A DNA stretch of 64,000 nucleotides from an uncultured Gammaproteobacteria bacterium (GCA_963748045.1 CAVVIC010000018.1:37021-101020); one strand, 5' to 3'; positions 38,725-49,991 are shown, counted from the first letter of the stretch. Numbers and translations are program-made. The notes: generated by a model from the letters alone, not told the origin.

Positions 38725-39319
38725 TTAAGAATCGTCAGAAGCGCTGGACTCAAGCCAGTCCGTAAGCCAACCGCGCGCCCGCTCCACGCCTTCCCGGTCG
38801 ATGGCCGAGAACCGCGTCAGATGCGCGGCCGCGCCGAGCTCCTTGCCGACCACCTGCTGCTGCGCGAGCCCCGCCCCGCGGCTCAGCTTGTCGGCCTTGG
38901 TCAGCAATACCATCAGGGGCAACGCCCGCGGCTTCAGCCAATCCAGCAGCTGCGTATCGAGCGGCGTGAACCCGCGGCGGATATCGACGGTCAGCACGAG
39001 CCCCACGAGCGACTGCCGCTCGGCGAGATACGTCGAGAGCACCTTCTCCCACTGCTCCTGGACGTCGGCTGGGCACGCGCGCAAAGCCGTAGCCCGGCAG
39101 GTCGACGAGCCGGCGATCCTCACCAGCCGCAAAGAAATTCACGAGCTGCGTTCGCCCCGGCGTCTTGCTGACCCGCGCGAGCTTGCGCACGCCCGCGAGC
39201 AGATTCAGAGCTGTCGATTTGCCGGAGTTCGAGCGGCCGACGAACGCCACTTCGCGCCCCGTGTCGGCAGGAAAGTCGGTAACGCGCGCAGCGCTCTTGA
39301 TGAAAGTCGTGGGAACCAC
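38725..39319 (-). pseudogene. engB: ribosome biogenesis GTP-binding protein YihA/EngB, frame interrupted once
   Basis: ...[19 protein letters not shown] (G1)...[13 protein letters not shown] runs to a shift near 39067. It continues [31 protein letters not shown]...LLTKADKL (G4)... Length is 595 = 3n+1. Confidence 0.88.
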
Positions 39320-39426
39320 GGGCCTGGCGAACGCGCGGAGTCGCTGCTTTGGAGCGGGGGGCTAGTGTACAATCGGCCGCCGTTTCCCGGCTAAAACACT
39401 TGTGTCTTTCGAGCTTGGGCGGATTA

Positions 39427-40068
39427 ATGATGTTGGCGACTAAGAACTCTCCGCGTTTCGGCTGGTGGATCACGCTGGTGCTCTCCGGCTCCGTACTGAC
39501 AGTGGCGGCGCAGGCCCAGGAAGGGTCGGTCGACGCTGGCCGCGCCAAGTCGGCCACGTGTGCCGCCTGCCACGGGCTCGACGGCAATAGCGTGACTCCG
39601 GACTGGCCGAGCCTGGCCGGCCAACACACGGCCTACCTCGTGCGGCAACTGAAGGCGTTCAAGGCCGGCGACCGCGTGAACGTCACGATGAAGCCGTTCG
39701 CCGACATGCTCACGGACCAGGACATGGCCGACGTGGCGGCCTACTTCGCAGCCCAAAAGGCGCTGCCGAAGGGCGCCGACCCGGCACTCGTGAACTTGGG
39801 GCAACAGATCTATCGCGGCGGCGTGCCGCAACGCGGCATCGCCGCGTGCATCGCCTGCCACGGCCCGAGCGGCGACGGCAATCCGCTGGCCGCCTACCCG
39901 CGCATCAGCGGGCAACACGCGACCTACGTCGTGCGCACGCTCGGCGAATACGCCTCCGGCACGCGGCGCTCCGACGTCGATCTGAACCAGATGATGCGCA
40001 ACGAGGCATCGCTGCTGCGCGACGACGAGATCAAGGCGCTCGCGAGCTACGTGCAGGGACTCAACTAA
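39427..40068 (+). CDS. dihaem cytochrome c4
   Basis: A signal peptide is followed by two CxxCH motifs (CAACH, CIACH), each with a downstream Met-containing segment. The position between engB and dsbA matches Pseudomonas. Confidence 0.85.
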   Translation: MMLATKNSPRFGWWITLVLSGSVLTVAAQAQEGSVDAGRAKSATCAACHGLDGNSVTPDWPSLAGQHTAYLVRQLKAFKAGDRVNVTMKPFADMLTDQDMADVAAYFAAQKALPKGADPALVNLGQQIYRGGVPQRGIAACIACHGPSGDGNPLAAYPRISGQHATYVVRTLGEYASGTRRSDVDLNQMMRNEASLLRDDEIKALASYVQGLN

Positions 40069-40092
40069 CCACCATCGCGCGGGTCGCGAGGG

Positions 40093-40872
40093 ATGTCGGC
40101 CATGCAACCGAGGACGCTCTGGCTCGTGACAGCCGCATTGGTGCTCGCGGCCTGCGGCCGCTCCGGCCCGCCGGCCAGCGCGCCGACCGCCGATAACGGC
40201 CAGCCCGCGGCCGAGGCGGGCGTCAGCACCGAGGCGGACGCGTCGCTATCGGCCGCCCCTGCGCCGGCTCTCGTGACGGACGAAGCCGCTGGCGCGCCGA
40301 ACACGGGCCGGTTCCGCATCGGCGTCGACTATCAGCGACTGTCGCCGACCCAACCGACGAGCTCGCCGCCCGACCAGGTCGAGGTCGCCGAGGTGTTCTG
40401 GTACGGCTGCCCGCACTGCTATCACTTCGACCCGACCGTCGAAGCCTGGCGCGCCAAGAAGCCCGAGTACGTGAACTTCGTCCGTGTCCCGGCCGTCTGG
40501 AATCCGTTGCTGCAGTTCCACGCACGCGCGTTCTATACCGCCGAAGCGCTCGGCAAGGGCGCCGAGACGCACAGCGAGTTCTTCCGCGAGATTCACGAGC
40601 GTGGCAACGCGCTCGACACGGAGCAGAAGCTGCAGGAGTTCTTCGGCCGGTTCGGCGTCGACGCCGCGGCGTTCAAGACGGCGTTCGATTCGTTCGCGGT
40701 GCACGCGAAGCTGCAACGCGCGGACGAGCTGAACCGCCGCTATCGCATCGGCGGCGTGCCGACGTTGATCATCAACGGTAAGTACACCACCGAAGACAGC
40801 CAGACCGCGAACTACGACGAGCTTCTCGAGCTCGCGAACACGCTCGCTGCCTCCGAGCACGCCGGCAAGTAG
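40093..40872 (+). CDS. dsbA: thiol:disulfide interchange protein DsbA (lipoprotein-type signal, long Ala/Pro linker)
   Basis: Has a lipobox LAAC, the thioredoxin active site WYGCPHCYHF, and ...GVPTLIINGKY.... Confidence 0.88.
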   Translation: MSAMQPRTLWLVTAALVLAACGRSGPPASAPTADNGQPAAEAGVSTEADASLSAAPAPALVTDEAAGAPNTGRFRIGVDYQRLSPTQPTSSPPDQVEVAEVFWYGCPHCYHFDPTVEAWRAKKPEYVNFVRVPAVWNPLLQFHARAFYTAEALGKGAETHSEFFREIHERGNALDTEQKLQEFFGRFGVDAAAFKTAFDSFAVHAKLQRADELNRRYRIGGVPTLIINGKYTTEDSQTANYDELLELANTLAASEHAGK

Positions 40873-40885
40873 CGTTCCCGCACCG

Positions 40886-42034
40886 TCAGAGCGCGCGCAG
40901 CCGCTGCGCGGCCGCATCGAGCGTCGCGTTCTCCTTCGCGAAGCAGAATCGCACGAGCTTCACAGCGGGCGGCCGCTCGTAGAACACCGACACCGGAATC
41001 GTGGCCACGCCGTGCTCGATCGTGAGCCAGCGCGCGAACTCGACGTCGGGCAGCGCGGAGATCGCGCTGTAGTCGGCGAGCTGGAAGTAGGTGCCCGGCG
41101 CGCGCAGCGCGCGGAACTTCGTGCGCCCAAGCAGCGCGGCGAAGTAGTCGCGGCGCTCCTGGTAGAACGCAGGCAATTCGCGGTGGTGCTCGGGATGCGC
41201 TACGAGGTATTCCGCGAGCGCCTGCTGTAGCGGCGTGGTCGACGAGAACGTCACGTATTGATGCACGCGCCGAAGCTCGGCCGAAAGCGCCGCCGGCGCC
41301 ACGCAGTAGCCGAGCTTCCAGCCGGTGGCGTGGTACGTCTTGCCGAACGAGAACACGGCGAAGCTGCGCGCCGCGAGCTCGCGTTGCGCGAGTACCGTCG
41401 CGTGCCGCGCGCCGTCGAACACCACGTGCTCGTAGACCTCGTCGCTGAGCAGATAGCAGTCGTACGGCCGTAGCAGCTCCGCGAGGCGGTCGAAGTCTGC
41501 GGTACCGAGGAGCGCGCCGCTCGGATTGTGCGGCGAGTTCACGATCACGAGACGCGTGCGCTCGTTCAGGCTCGTCGCGAGCCGGTCCCAATCGATCGTG
41601 AACTCCGGCAGCACGAGCGGCAGATGCACCGTCTTGCCGCCGGCCAGCGTGATGGACGGCTCGTAGGAGTCGTAGCACGGATCGAACACGATGACCTCGT
41701 CGCCGCGACGGACGACGGCCTGGATCGCGTCGAAGATCGCCTCGGTCGCCCCGCTCGTGACGGTGACGTCGGTGCCGGGATCCACCGTGACTCCGTACAT
41801 GTCCTTGAGCTTGCCGGCGATCGCGGCACGCAAGGCGACGGAGCCCGGCATCGGCGCGTACTGGTGGTTGCGGCCCGCCAGGCTTTTGTCGACCAACTCG
41901 AGCAAACCTGCGGGCGGCTCGAAATTCGGAAAGCCCTGCGACAGATTCACGGCGCGATGCTGCTCGGCGAGCTGCGTCATTACGGTGAAGATCGTCGTGC
42001 CGACGCTCGGCAGCTTGCTGACGAGCGGTTTCAT
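40886..42034 (-). CDS. class I/II PLP-dependent aminotransferase (YbdL/kynurenine aminotransferase-like)
   Basis: ATG at 42034 (MKPLVSKLPSVGTTIFTVMTQLA...). ...NLSQGFPNF..., ...NSPHNPSG... and the PLP-lysine motif SFGKTYHATGWKLGY are present. The start overlaps the OPT stop (ATGA). Confidence 0.85.
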   Translation of the reverse strand: MKPLVSKLPSVGTTIFTVMTQLAEQHRAVNLSQGFPNFEPPAGLLELVDKSLAGRNHQYAPMPGSVALRAAIAGKLKDMYGVTVDPGTDVTVTSGATEAIFDAIQAVVRRGDEVIVFDPCYDSYEPSITLAGGKTVHLPLVLPEFTIDWDRLATSLNERTRLVIVNSPHNPSGALLGTADFDRLAELLRPYDCYLLSDEVYEHVVFDGARHATVLAQRELAARSFAVFSFGKTYHATGWKLGYCVAPAALSAELRRVHQYVTFSSTTPLQQALAEYLVAHPEHHRELPAFYQERRDYFAALLGRTKFRALRAPGTYFQLADYSAISALPDVEFARWLTIEHGVATIPVSVFYERPPAVKLVRFCFAKENATLDAAAQRLRAL

Positions 42035-43948
42035 TTGCGCGAACCGGACACCGCGACGCGATACAGCACGGCGGCCACGCCCGCCACGATCAGCAGCGCG
42101 ACGACGCTCGGCACCTGGAACGGCAGCGCGAACACGTCCGGATCCTTCGTGAGGTAGATAGGAATCGCCATCAGAATGCCGATCATCGCTTCGCCCGTGA
42201 TCAGGCCGGCCGCGAACAGCACGCCGTGGCGCTCGGCCTGCGCATCGGCCGCACGCGGCAGGCGGCGCGCCGCGAGGAACGCGATGAGGCCGCCGGCCAG
42301 AATAGGGATGGACAGCTCGAGCGGCAGATAGATGCCGACGGCTACCGCAAGCACCGGTGCGCGCCAACCGGCGCGCTGCCGCTCGAGATACACGTCGATC
42401 GCAATGATCACGGCGCCGATCACGGCGCCGGCCGCGATCATTCCCCAGGGCAAACCGCCGCGCAGCACGCCGAGCGTCACGGACGCCATCAGGTTCGCCT
42501 GCGGCGCGAGCAGCGCATTCGGATGCTCGGGGGTTCGCGCGCCGATGCCGTACGCGTTCAGCAGCAGGTTCAGGATCGGCGCCATGAACAGCACGGCCGA
42601 GATCACGCCGAGCGATTGGCCGAGCTGCTGCCGCCACGGCGTCGCGCCGAGCAGATAACCGGTCTTCAACACTTGCAGGTTGTCGCCGCCGATCGACGCC
42701 GCGCAGCAAACGACGGCGCCGACCAGGATCGCTGCGGCCGGAGCCGTGGGCGCGTCGCCGCCCATGAGCCCGAGCAGCAGCAACGACGTCAGCAGGATCG
42801 TCGCCATCGTGATCCCCGAGATCGGGCTGTTCGACGAGCCGACGATGCCGGCCAGATAGCCGCCGACGGCCGCGAACAGAAACGCTGCGAGCACCATGAC
42901 GCCGGTCAGGGCCAGCGCGACGCCGACGCTGCCGACGATGGCGTGGTACAGGAAATAGATCGGGATCACGAACAGCACGATGCAGACCAGCACGAGACGC
43001 ATCGGCACATCGCGCTCGCGATGATCGGTCACCGCGCCGCCTCGCTGGCGCGTGACGGCGAGGCCACTGCGGATCCCGGCCACGAGGGACCCGCGCATGC
43101 GAGAACAGCGTCCACACGCCGCCGATCAGCATCGCCCCGACGCCCAAGTAGCGGATCTTCGTGGACCAGATTGCGCCGGCCAGGTCGGCAGGCAACGCGC
43201 CGCCCGCGTGCTGCGCCGCGAGCGCCGGGTCGCTGGCGAGGAACCAGGTCGAGTAGATCGGAATCGCGACGTACCACGACAGCGCGCCGCCGACAAACAC
43301 GAGGACCGCGATGTTCAGCCCGACGATGTAACCGACACCGAGCAGCGCCGGCGACAGATTCGTGCCGGCGTACAGGATCGTGCTCTTGCCGACGTAAGTG
43401 GCGGCTTGCGCGGTGCCGGACCAGAGACGGAAGCCGGTTTCGCCGATCTTGATCGCAGCGCCGATCACGGCGGCCAGCGCGAGATACGCCGCAGCGCGGC
43501 CAGGCGAGTCGCCGGCCTTCAATACTTCGACGGTGGCCGTGCCTTCCGGGAAGGCGAGCTGTTGCTCCACGATCAACGCACGCCGCAGCGGAATCGTGAA
43601 CAGCACGCCGAGCAGGCCGCCGACACCTGAGATGATCGTGACCCACCAGTAGTCGAACGCGTGCCAGTAGCCCAGCAGGATCAGCGCGGGGAAGGTGAAG
43701 ATCACGCCGGCCGCGATCGCCTCGCCGGACGACGCGATCGACTGCACCATGTTGTTCTCGAGGATGTTCGAGTTGCGCCATAGACGCAGCACTGCCATCG
43801 AGATGACGGCCGACGGAATCGACGCCGAGACCGTCAAGCCGGCGAACATGCCGAGGTAGGCGTTCGCGCCTGCGAGCAGCGCGGAGAGGATGAGGCCCAG
43901 CACCGTGGCCTTGATCGTGAGTTGGGGCAACGGTGCCGGTTCGGTCAT
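42031..43948 (-). pseudogene. OPT-family oligopeptide transporter, frame interrupted once
   Basis: The N-terminal half (MTEPAPLPQLTIKATVLGLILSALLAGANAYLGMFAGLTVSASIP...) runs to about 43098. The C-terminal half is ORF 42031-43098 (MRGSLVAGIRSGL...GIVGSSNSPISGITMAT...). It is multi-TM throughout. Length is 1918 = 3n+1. Confidence 0.85.
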
Positions 43949-44706
43949 TGCTTCGTCTTCTCCGGCAGCATGATCTTGGCCATGATCATGCCGGCCTCGT
44001 ATAGCAGGTACATCGGCACGGCCAGCAGCGTCTGCGAGAACACGTCCGGCGGCGTCAACACGGCGCCGACGACGAACGCGCCGAGGAACACGTACCGCCG
44101 CCCGGTCTGAAGGGTCTTCAGCGAGACGAGCCCGCTCCAGATCAACATGACCGTCGCGATCGGCACCTCGAACGCGATGCCGAACGCCAGGAAGATGCCG
44201 AGCACGAAGCTCAGGTACGAGCTGATGTCGGGCGCCATCGTGACACCGCCCGGCACCACCTTCGCGAAGAACGAGAACATCAACCGGAACACGACGAAGT
44301 ACGCGAACGCCATGCCGGTGTAGAACAGCACGATGCTCGAGACGATCAGCGGGATCGCGAACTTCTTCTCACGCTTGTATAGGCCCGGCGCCACGAACTG
44401 CCAGACCTGAAAGATCACGACGGGCATCGCGATGAACAGCGCGACGAAGAACGTGGTCTTGAATGGCGTGACGAACGGCGACGCGACGTCGGTCGCGATC
44501 ATCTGCGAGCCTTCCGGCAACACGGCCATCAGCGGCGCGGAGACGATTTCGAACACGCGCTGAGTGAACGGCGTCAGCGCGAGAAACACCACGACGACCG
44601 CCACCGTCGCCTTCATGAGGCGCGAGCGCAGCTCGAGCAGGTGCGACATGAGCGTCCCTTCCGCGAGCGGTTCCTCCTGCTCGTGGTTGTCGGGCGGTTC
44701 GCTCAT
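43945..44706 (-). CDS. tatC: twin-arginine translocase subunit TatC
   Basis: Intact 253 aa. ...MSHLLELRSRLMKA...FVAPGLYKREKKF... and a six-TM topology are characteristic. Confidence 0.92.
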   Translation of the reverse strand: MSEPPDNHEQEEPLAEGTLMSHLLELRSRLMKATVAVVVVFLALTPFTQRVFEIVSAPLMAVLPEGSQMIATDVASPFVTPFKTTFFVALFIAMPVVIFQVWQFVAPGLYKREKKFAIPLIVSSIVLFYTGMAFAYFVVFRLMFSFFAKVVPGGVTMAPDISSYLSFVLGIFLAFGIAFEVPIATVMLIWSGLVSLKTLQTGRRYVFLGAFVVGAVLTPPDVFSQTLLAVPMYLLYEAGMIMAKIMLPEKTKQ

Positions 44707-45153
44707 TACGCGTGCGGCGGGCGGTCGGTCGGCTCTGGCGCCTTCGCCGCTTCCGGTGCGGGCGCAGAGACCGGTTCGGGAGTTTTCGCGGTCGCGCTAG
44801 CGGTGGCCGCCTCGGGCGTCGGTGCGGCTGGAGCCGGCTCCGCGGCAGCAGCCGGCGGCGCGGTCGGGGCTTCAGATGCGGCGTCGGCCGGCGGCGGCGC
44901 GGCGCCCGTATCGGTCGGCATGTGGTGGAACGGGTTCTGAGTTTCAGTAGGTCGACGGCGGTGGGGGCGGCGGCTGAATGTCGTTCAGCTCGATCTCGCG
45001 CTCGAGCTGGCGGCGCAGCTCGGTCGCCGTGCGGCGCGCTCGGCCGATCCACTTGCCGATCTCGGCGGCCACCTTCGGCAATCGCTGCGGACCGAGCACG
45101 AGCAGCCCGATGATGAAGATGAGGACGAGCTCGTTGAAGCCGACGTCGAACAC
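44706..45153 (-). pseudogene. tatB: twin-arginine translocase subunit TatB, frame interrupted once before the Pro/Ala-rich tail
   Basis: MFDVGFNELVLIFIIGLLVLGPQRLPKVAAEIGKWIGRARR... (ORF 44944-45153) stops at ...PPPPSTY*. The +1 frame continues TETQNPFHHMPTDTGAAPPPADAA...PPHA* (ORF 44706-44921) and ends 1 nt into tatC. Length is 448 = 3n+1. Confidence 0.8.
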
Positions 45154-45167
45154 GGATCACCGCAACG

Positions 45168-45407
45168 TCAGGCCTGGCGGCTCTTCTGTTTTTGTTCGGG
45201 GAATTCTGCGTCCGGCTCGGGACTCGCGAGCGACTTGGCGGGTTCCTGCGGCTTCTTGTCGTCGTCGCCGGCCGTCGCCGAGCGGAAACCCTTGATCGCG
45301 CCGCCGAGGTCGGAGCCAATCGACTTCAGTCGCTTCGTGCCGAAGATCAGCACGACGATCACGAGCACGATCAAAAGCTCCGAGATACTGATTCCGCCGA
45401 GCCCCAT
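45168..45407 (-). CDS. tatA: twin-arginine translocase subunit TatA
   Basis: [42 protein letters not shown]... is the canonical TatA/E N-terminus. Confidence 0.92.
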   Translation of the reverse strand: MGLGGISISELLIVLVIVVLIFGTKRLKSIGSDLGGAIKGFRSATAGDDDKKPQEPAKSLASPEPDAEFPEQKQKSRQA

Positions 45408-45469
45408 CGTCTTGCCGCTCCGTTGGTTCGTCGATCCCTGTTAAGAGACCAATGATACGCCAAAGGTCC

Positions 45470-45928
45470 TCACACGGCGGTCGTCCCCCTCGACACTTGT
45501 AGCCAGAACGTCACTGGACCGTCGTTCGTGAGCGTGACCTGCATGTCGGCGCCGAAGCGGCCCGTGGCGCACTCGACACCGCTCGCGGCGACAGCGGCCA
45601 CCAGATGTTCGAACAGCTCGGCGCCCCGCTCCGGCGCCGCGGCCGGCGAGAAACTCGGCCGCAGACCCGAGCTCGTATCCGCAGCCAACGTGAATTGCGG
45701 CACCAGCAGCAGGCCGCCGCCCGCGTCGCGGACCGATTTGTTCATCTTGCCCGCGTCATCGGGGAACACGCGGTAGGCGATGAGCTTGGCGGCGAGCCGG
45801 TCGGCTTCCGCGGGGCCATCCTCGCGCTCGACACCCACGAGCACCATCAAACCGCGACCGACTTGGCCGATGGTTTGTCCATCTACCTCCACTTTGGCGG
45901 CAGAAACTCTTTGAATAAGACCAATCAT
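45470..45928 (-). CDS. dtd: D-aminoacyl-tRNA deacylase
   Basis: [34 protein letters not shown]...[18 protein letters not shown]...[10 protein letters not shown] matches Dtd end to end. Confidence 0.9.
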   Translation of the reverse strand: MIGLIQRVSAAKVEVDGQTIGQVGRGLMVLVGVEREDGPAEADRLAAKLIAYRVFPDDAGKMNKSVRDAGGGLLLVPQFTLAADTSSGLRPSFSPAAAPERGAELFEHLVAAVAASGVECATGRFGADMQVTLTNDGPVTFWLQVSRGTTAV

Positions 45929-46309
45929 CGTAAATCGCTCCCTCTCTTACGCGAATCGCGCCGCTTAGTATCCGTATCGTCCATATTTCAGGCTGATGAA
46001 CCGTTGAAGTGGGGATAACATCCACCGCTATCGCACGAATGGTATCTATGTGGGAACATTCGACTTTTCGAGTGCCCGACGCGATTCATTGTCCCAGATT
46101 CGCCTTTTCCGCCCCGCCCGACCGATTCTGACCGCGACCGCGACCGAAAGCGCGACCCGCGGCCGACCCCCTCGCCGTGTTCGAATTCCGTCGGTGAAAT
46201 CGTTCGGGAGCCGCCGTTTTCGACCGGCCGCTCGGCCCGTGCTTCCGGTGACGAGGTTCTGCTACCATCCAAAAATTACAGTTCGTGTCCCGGGTTTAGG
46301 AGCGTATAG

Positions 46310-46759
46310 GTGATGAAACGGATGTTCTGGGTGCTGGCGTTGGCCGGTGGCCTTCTCAGTCAGCAGGCATGGAGCCAACAGTGTTCCCTTGCGATCGAAG
46401 CGAATGACCAGATTCAGTTCAATACCAAAGAGCTGCACGTCAAAAAGAGCTGCAAGGAAGTCACGCTCACACTGAAGCACGTGGGCCAACTCGCCGCCAA
46501 CGTCATGGGCCACAACTGGGTGCTCAGTGCAACGTCCGATTACCAGGCGATTGCACAAGCCGGACAAGCCGCGGGTGCGCCGAATTATCTCCCGACTGGA
46601 GACGCGCGCATCCTTGCCTCCACCGATACGATCGGTGGCGGTCAGCAGGTGTCGCTCAAGTTCGACACCTCGAAGCTGACGGTGGGCGGCGACTACACGT
46701 TTTTCTGCTCGTTTCCTGGTCACTTTGTACTGATGAACGGCAAGTTGATCGTCGAATAA
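46310..46759 (+). CDS. azu: azurin (blue copper protein)
   Basis: A signal peptide is followed by QCSLAIEANDQIQFNTKELHVKKSCKEVTLTLKHVGQLAANVMGHNWVL...YTFFCSFPGHFVLMNGKL. This is collinear with Pseudomonas azurin, and the Cu ligands (His, Cys, His, Met) are in place. Confidence 0.9.
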   Translation: MMKRMFWVLALAGGLLSQQAWSQQCSLAIEANDQIQFNTKELHVKKSCKEVTLTLKHVGQLAANVMGHNWVLSATSDYQAIAQAGQAAGAPNYLPTGDARILASTDTIGGGQQVSLKFDTSKLTVGGDYTFFCSFPGHFVLMNGKLIVE

Positions 46760-46853
46760 AGTATTTGTCCGCGCCACAGCGGGCCGCCGCTTCTTAAGTA
46801 CATTTAGATCACGACGGCAGTCGTGTGCCTGACGTTTTGGGGGGTTGTTCGGT

Positions 46854-48222
46854 ATGGTGGCTCTTGCTGTCGTCATCGTCCTGCTTGTTGTCGGCTCGCT
46901 GATCTTTCACTTCGCGAGCCCTTGGTACTTCACTCCGCTCGCTTCCAACTGGAGCACCATCGACTTCACCGTCGACGTCACGTTCTGGGTCACCGGCGTG
47001 GTGTTCGTCGCGGTCAACCTCTTCACCGCCTACTGCGTCTGGCGGTTTCGCGCTCGTAAAGGCAACAAGGCTCACTACGAGCCCGAGAGCACGAAGCTCG
47101 AGATTTGGCTCACGGTATTCACGTCGGTCGGCGTCGCCGCGATGCTGACGCCCGGACTGTTCGTCTGGGCGGCATTCGTCACGGTGCCGAAGGACGCGAA
47201 GGCGTTCGAGGCCGTCGGCAAACAGTGGAACTGGACCTTCCGCCTGCCGGGCGCCGACGGGCAGCTCGGCGCGAGCGACGTCCGCTACATGACGGCCGAC
47301 AATCCGTTAGGTATAGACCCGACCGACGCGAAAGGTCAGGACGACATCGTCGTCGCAAGCCCGATCCTGCATCTGCTCCGGGACCAACCGGTCAATGCGC
47401 TACTGCGCTCGACCGACGTGCTGCACGACTTCGCCGTGCCCGAGTTCCGCGTGAAGATGGATCTGGTGCCGGGGCTCGTGACCTACCAGTGGTTCACGCC
47501 GACCAAACCGGGCACGTACGAGATCCTGTGCGAAGAGCTCTGCGGCTCCGGCCACTTTGCGATGCGCGGCAAGATCGTCGTCGACGAGGCGCCCGCGTAC
47601 CAGGCCTGGCTCGCGACACAACCAACGTTCGCGGCCACGCAAGCGCGACCTGCCGGCAACGCCACCGCGGGCGCCGCCAACTACGCTGTCTGCTCCGCGT
47701 GCCACGGCGCACAGGGCGAAGGCAATCAGCAGCTGAACGCGCCGAACCTCGCGGGCCTCGATGGCTGGTACATCCGCCGGCAGATCCAGAGCTATCAGCA
47801 GCGCATCCGCGGCACCGACAAAGGCGATCAGTTCGGCGTGCAAATGGCGCCGATGGCCAACATCGTTGCCGATCCGGCCACGCTCGAGAACGTGATCGCC
47901 CACATCGCCACCCTGCCGGACAAGGCGCCGCAAGCCACGGTCACGGGCGACGCCGCGCGCGGCCGCAGGCTGTTCCAGACCTGCGCGCTATGCCACGGAG
48001 ATAACGGCGCCGGCACGTGGGCCACGAACGCGCCGCGTCTAGCCGGGCGCAGCGACTGGTACTTGAAACGCCAGCTCGAATACTTCAAGAGTGGCGTGCG
48101 GGGCAAGCACCCCGACGACCTCTACGGCGCACAGATGAACTTGATGGTCGGCGCCTTGATTCGGCGAACACGCCATCGACGACGTCGTCGCCTACATCAA
48201 TACGCTGCACGAAGCGAACTAA
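46854..48222 (+). pseudogene. coxB: cytochrome c oxidase subunit II fused to a C-terminal dihaem cytochrome c domain, frame interrupted once near the 3' end
   Basis: Two TM helices. The CuA site is CEELCGSGHFAM. Two CxxCH motifs (CSACH, CALCH) follow. After ...GAQMNLMVGAL (about 48160) the conserved end FGEHAIDDVVAYINTLHEAN* is in the +1 frame. Length is 1369 = 3n+1. Confidence 0.85.
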
Positions 48223-48251
48223 AGCATCGAGCTTCGAAAGGAAGAATCGTC

Positions 48252-49991
48252 ATGGCCTACGTTGCAATTGCCGATCGGGATCATCACCTGCATGACCCGC
48301 AAACCTGGATCACGAAATACGTCTGGAGCCAGGACCACAAAGTCATCGCCATTCAGTACGGCAGCGTCGCGATCGCCGTGGGCCTCGTGGCGCTCGTGCT
48401 GTCACTCTTCATGCGGCTGCAGATCGGCTTCCCCGGAATGTTCAGCTTCATCACGCCGTACAACTATTATCAGTTCGTCACCATGCACGGCATGATCATG
48501 GTGATCTACCTGCTCACCGCTCTCTTCCTCGGTGGCTTCGGCAATTATCTGATCCCTCTCATGTGTGGCGCCCGGGACATGGTGTTCCCGTACATGAACA
48601 TGCTGAGCTTCTGGGTGTACCTCGTGTCGGTCATCGTGCTGATGGCGAGCTTCTTCGTGCCGGGCGGCCCGACGGGCGCCGGCTGGACGCTGTACCCGCC
48701 GCAGACCGTGCTGCCGGGCACACCTGGCCATGATTGGGGCATCCTGCTGATGCTGCTCTCACTCGCGATCTTCATCGTGGCGTTCACGATGGGCGGCTTG
48801 AACTACGTCACGACCGTGCTTCAGGCGCGCTGCCGGGGCATGACGCTGATGCGTATGCCGCTGTCGGTGTGGGGCATCTTCGTCGCGACGATCCTGGGTC
48901 TTCTCGCGTTCCCGGCGCTGCTGGTCGCGGCCATCATGATGCTGCTCGACCGGCTCATCGGTACGAGCTTCTTCATGCCGGCGCTGCTGTCGCTCGGCGA
49001 AATCAACAAGACCGACGGCGGCAGCCCGATCCTGTTCCAGCACCTGTTCTGGTTCTTCGGCCACCCCGAGGTATACATCGTCGCGCTGCCGGCGTTCGGC
49101 ATCGTGTCCGACTTGCTGTCGACGCACGCGCGCAAGAACATCTTCGGCTACCGCATGATGGTGTGGGCCATCGTCGCGATCGGCGCACTGTCATTCGTCG
49201 TGTGGGCGCACCACATGTACGTCAGCGGTATGAACCCGTACTTCGGGTTCTTCTTCGCGACCACGACGCTGATCATCGCGATCCCAACGGCCATCAAGGT
49301 CTACAACTGGGTGCTGACGCTGTGGCAGGGTAACATCCAGATCAATACACCGAACCTGTTCGCCATCGGCTTCATCTTCACGTTCGTGCACGGCGGCCTC
49401 ACGGGCCTGTTCTTAGGCAACGTCACGGTCGACCTGCCGCTCTCGGACACGTACTTCGTGATCGGCCACTTTCACATGGTCATGGGCGTGTCACCGGTCA
49501 TGGTGCTGTTCGGCGCCATCTACCACTGGTTCCCGAAAATCACAGGCAAAATGCCGAACGAGCCGCTGGGTCGCATCCATTTCTGGATGACGTTCCTCGG
49601 CACGTATGCGATCTACCTGCCGATGCACTACCTCGGCATCCTCGGTCTGCCGCGTCGGTACTACGCGTACGGCGACACCACCCTGCTGCAGAACGGCGCC
49701 CAAGCTGTCAACGAAGCGATCACGATCGCCGCGATCGTCGTCGCCACCGCGCAGGTCATCTTCCTGATCAACGTCTTCTACAGCCTGCGTAAGGGCAAGG
49801 ACTCGCCGCCGAACCCGTGGGGCGCGACGACGCTGGAGTGGCAGACGCCGCAGAACCCGCCGGTGCACGGCAACTGGGGGCCGAAGCTGCCGATCGTCTA
49901 TCGCTGGGCCTACGATTACAGCGTGCCCGGCGAAGCGCAGGACTTCATCCCGCAGAACGAGCCGCCGAAAGGCCACCACTCGCTCAGCTAG
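48252..49991 (+). CDS. coxA: cytochrome c oxidase subunit I
   Basis: The ATG at 48252 lies inside the 1048-aa read-through ORF. The 579-aa frame is intact, with ...GFGNYLIPLMCGARDMVFP..., ...HLFWFFGHPEVYI... and ...HFHMVMG.... Confidence 0.92.
   Translation: MAYVAIADRDHHLHDPQTWITKYVWSQDHKVIAIQYGSVAIAVGLVALVLSLFMRLQIGFPGMFSFITPYNYYQFVTMHGMIMVIYLLTALFLGGFGNYLIPLMCGARDMVFPYMNMLSFWVYLVSVIVLMASFFVPGGPTGAGWTLYPPQTVLPGTPGHDWGILLMLLSLAIFIVAFTMGGLNYVTTVLQARCRGMTLMRMPLSVWGIFVATILGLLAFPALLVAAIMMLLDRLIGTSFFMPALLSLGEINKTDGGSPILFQHLFWFFGHPEVYIVALPAFGIVSDLLSTHARKNIFGYRMMVWAIVAIGALSFVVWAHHMYVSGMNPYFGFFFATTTLIIAIPTAIKVYNWVLTLWQGNIQINTPNLFAIGFIFTFVHGGLTGLFLGNVTVDLPLSDTYFVIGHFHMVMGVSPVMVLFGAIYHWFPKITGKMPNEPLGRIHFWMTFLGTYAIYLPMHYLGILGLPRRYYAYGDTTLLQNGAQAVNEAITIAAIVVATAQVIFLINVFYSLRKGKDSPPNPWGATTLEWQTPQNPPVHGNWGPKLPIVYRWAYDYSVPGEAQDFIPQNEPPKGHHSLS

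Noticed and set aside
44706-44921. 71-aa Pro/Ala-rich ORF as an independent gene
   Set aside because: It is the low-complexity C-terminal tail of TatB, displaced by one frame. It ends exactly at the tatC start, as a TatB tail would.
46179-46187. GTTCGAATT, a tRNA T-loop-like sequence in the long azurin leader
   Set aside because: The flanking bases cannot form a T-stem, and no acceptor or anticodon arms can be drawn. It is not a tRNA or tmRNA.
46845-49991. Single 1048-aa ORF suggesting a fused subunit II-I oxidase
   Set aside because: The subunit II reading frame really ends at 48222 in the +1 frame (…DDVVAYINTLHEAN*). Subunit I has its own ATG at 48252. The apparent fusion is created by an indel near 48160 plus chance in-frame read-through.
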